Shown here in pieces: positions 63,928 through 64,000 of a stretch of 64,000 nt of DNA. This DNA is from Podarcis melisellensis (lineage: Eukaryota), in NCBI GenBank assembly GCA_964234715.1, contig OZ174279.1. One strand, given 5' to 3'. The notes under the pieces were generated by a model, which ran no database searches, had not been told where the DNA came from, and saw only the letters and a program-made list of their open reading frames with translations. The position numbers and the translations under genes are program-made. Position 1 is the stretch's first letter; each line of letters begins with the position of its first letter.

Positions 63928-64000
63928 GGGGTTGCTCATAATCACAAGTGTATGTACACACAGACTTTGTTCTGCACATACATGCACGCATGCACACAGA

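Noticed and set aside
37222-64000. Upstream LRMDA exons or promoter CpG island; likewise downstream exons in 1-14913
   Set aside because: I found no matching peptide or CpG island by eye. The flanking introns are very long in other vertebrates, so these exons are probably outside the window; tBLASTn would confirm.

Overview
Eukaryotic, intron-rich vertebrate DNA. The Sauria SINE, BovB, Squam3-like and MITE content points to a squamate reptile, probably a lacertid lizard (inference). The window appears to lie wholly inside the LRMDA (C10orf11) gene on the minus strand. Three coding exons (37095-37221, 32157-32296, 14914-15040) splice in frame, and I found no first or last exon. The intron between the first two exons is a U12-type AT-AC minor-spliceosome intron (ATATCCTTCC ... 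TCCTTAAC ... AC). The rest is intron holding many retro- and DNA-transposon copies (several nested, many with readable target-site duplications), microsatellites, three N-gaps and repeat-poor homeobox-motif-rich blocks that may be enhancers. The most striking structure is at 57478-58169: two adjacent long palindromes (129-bp and 139-bp arms) of a Penelope-like terminal repeat embedded in (TA)n. They carry four minimal hammerhead-ribozyme cores, two per strand. Nearly all ORFs in the track are spurious or transposon-derived.
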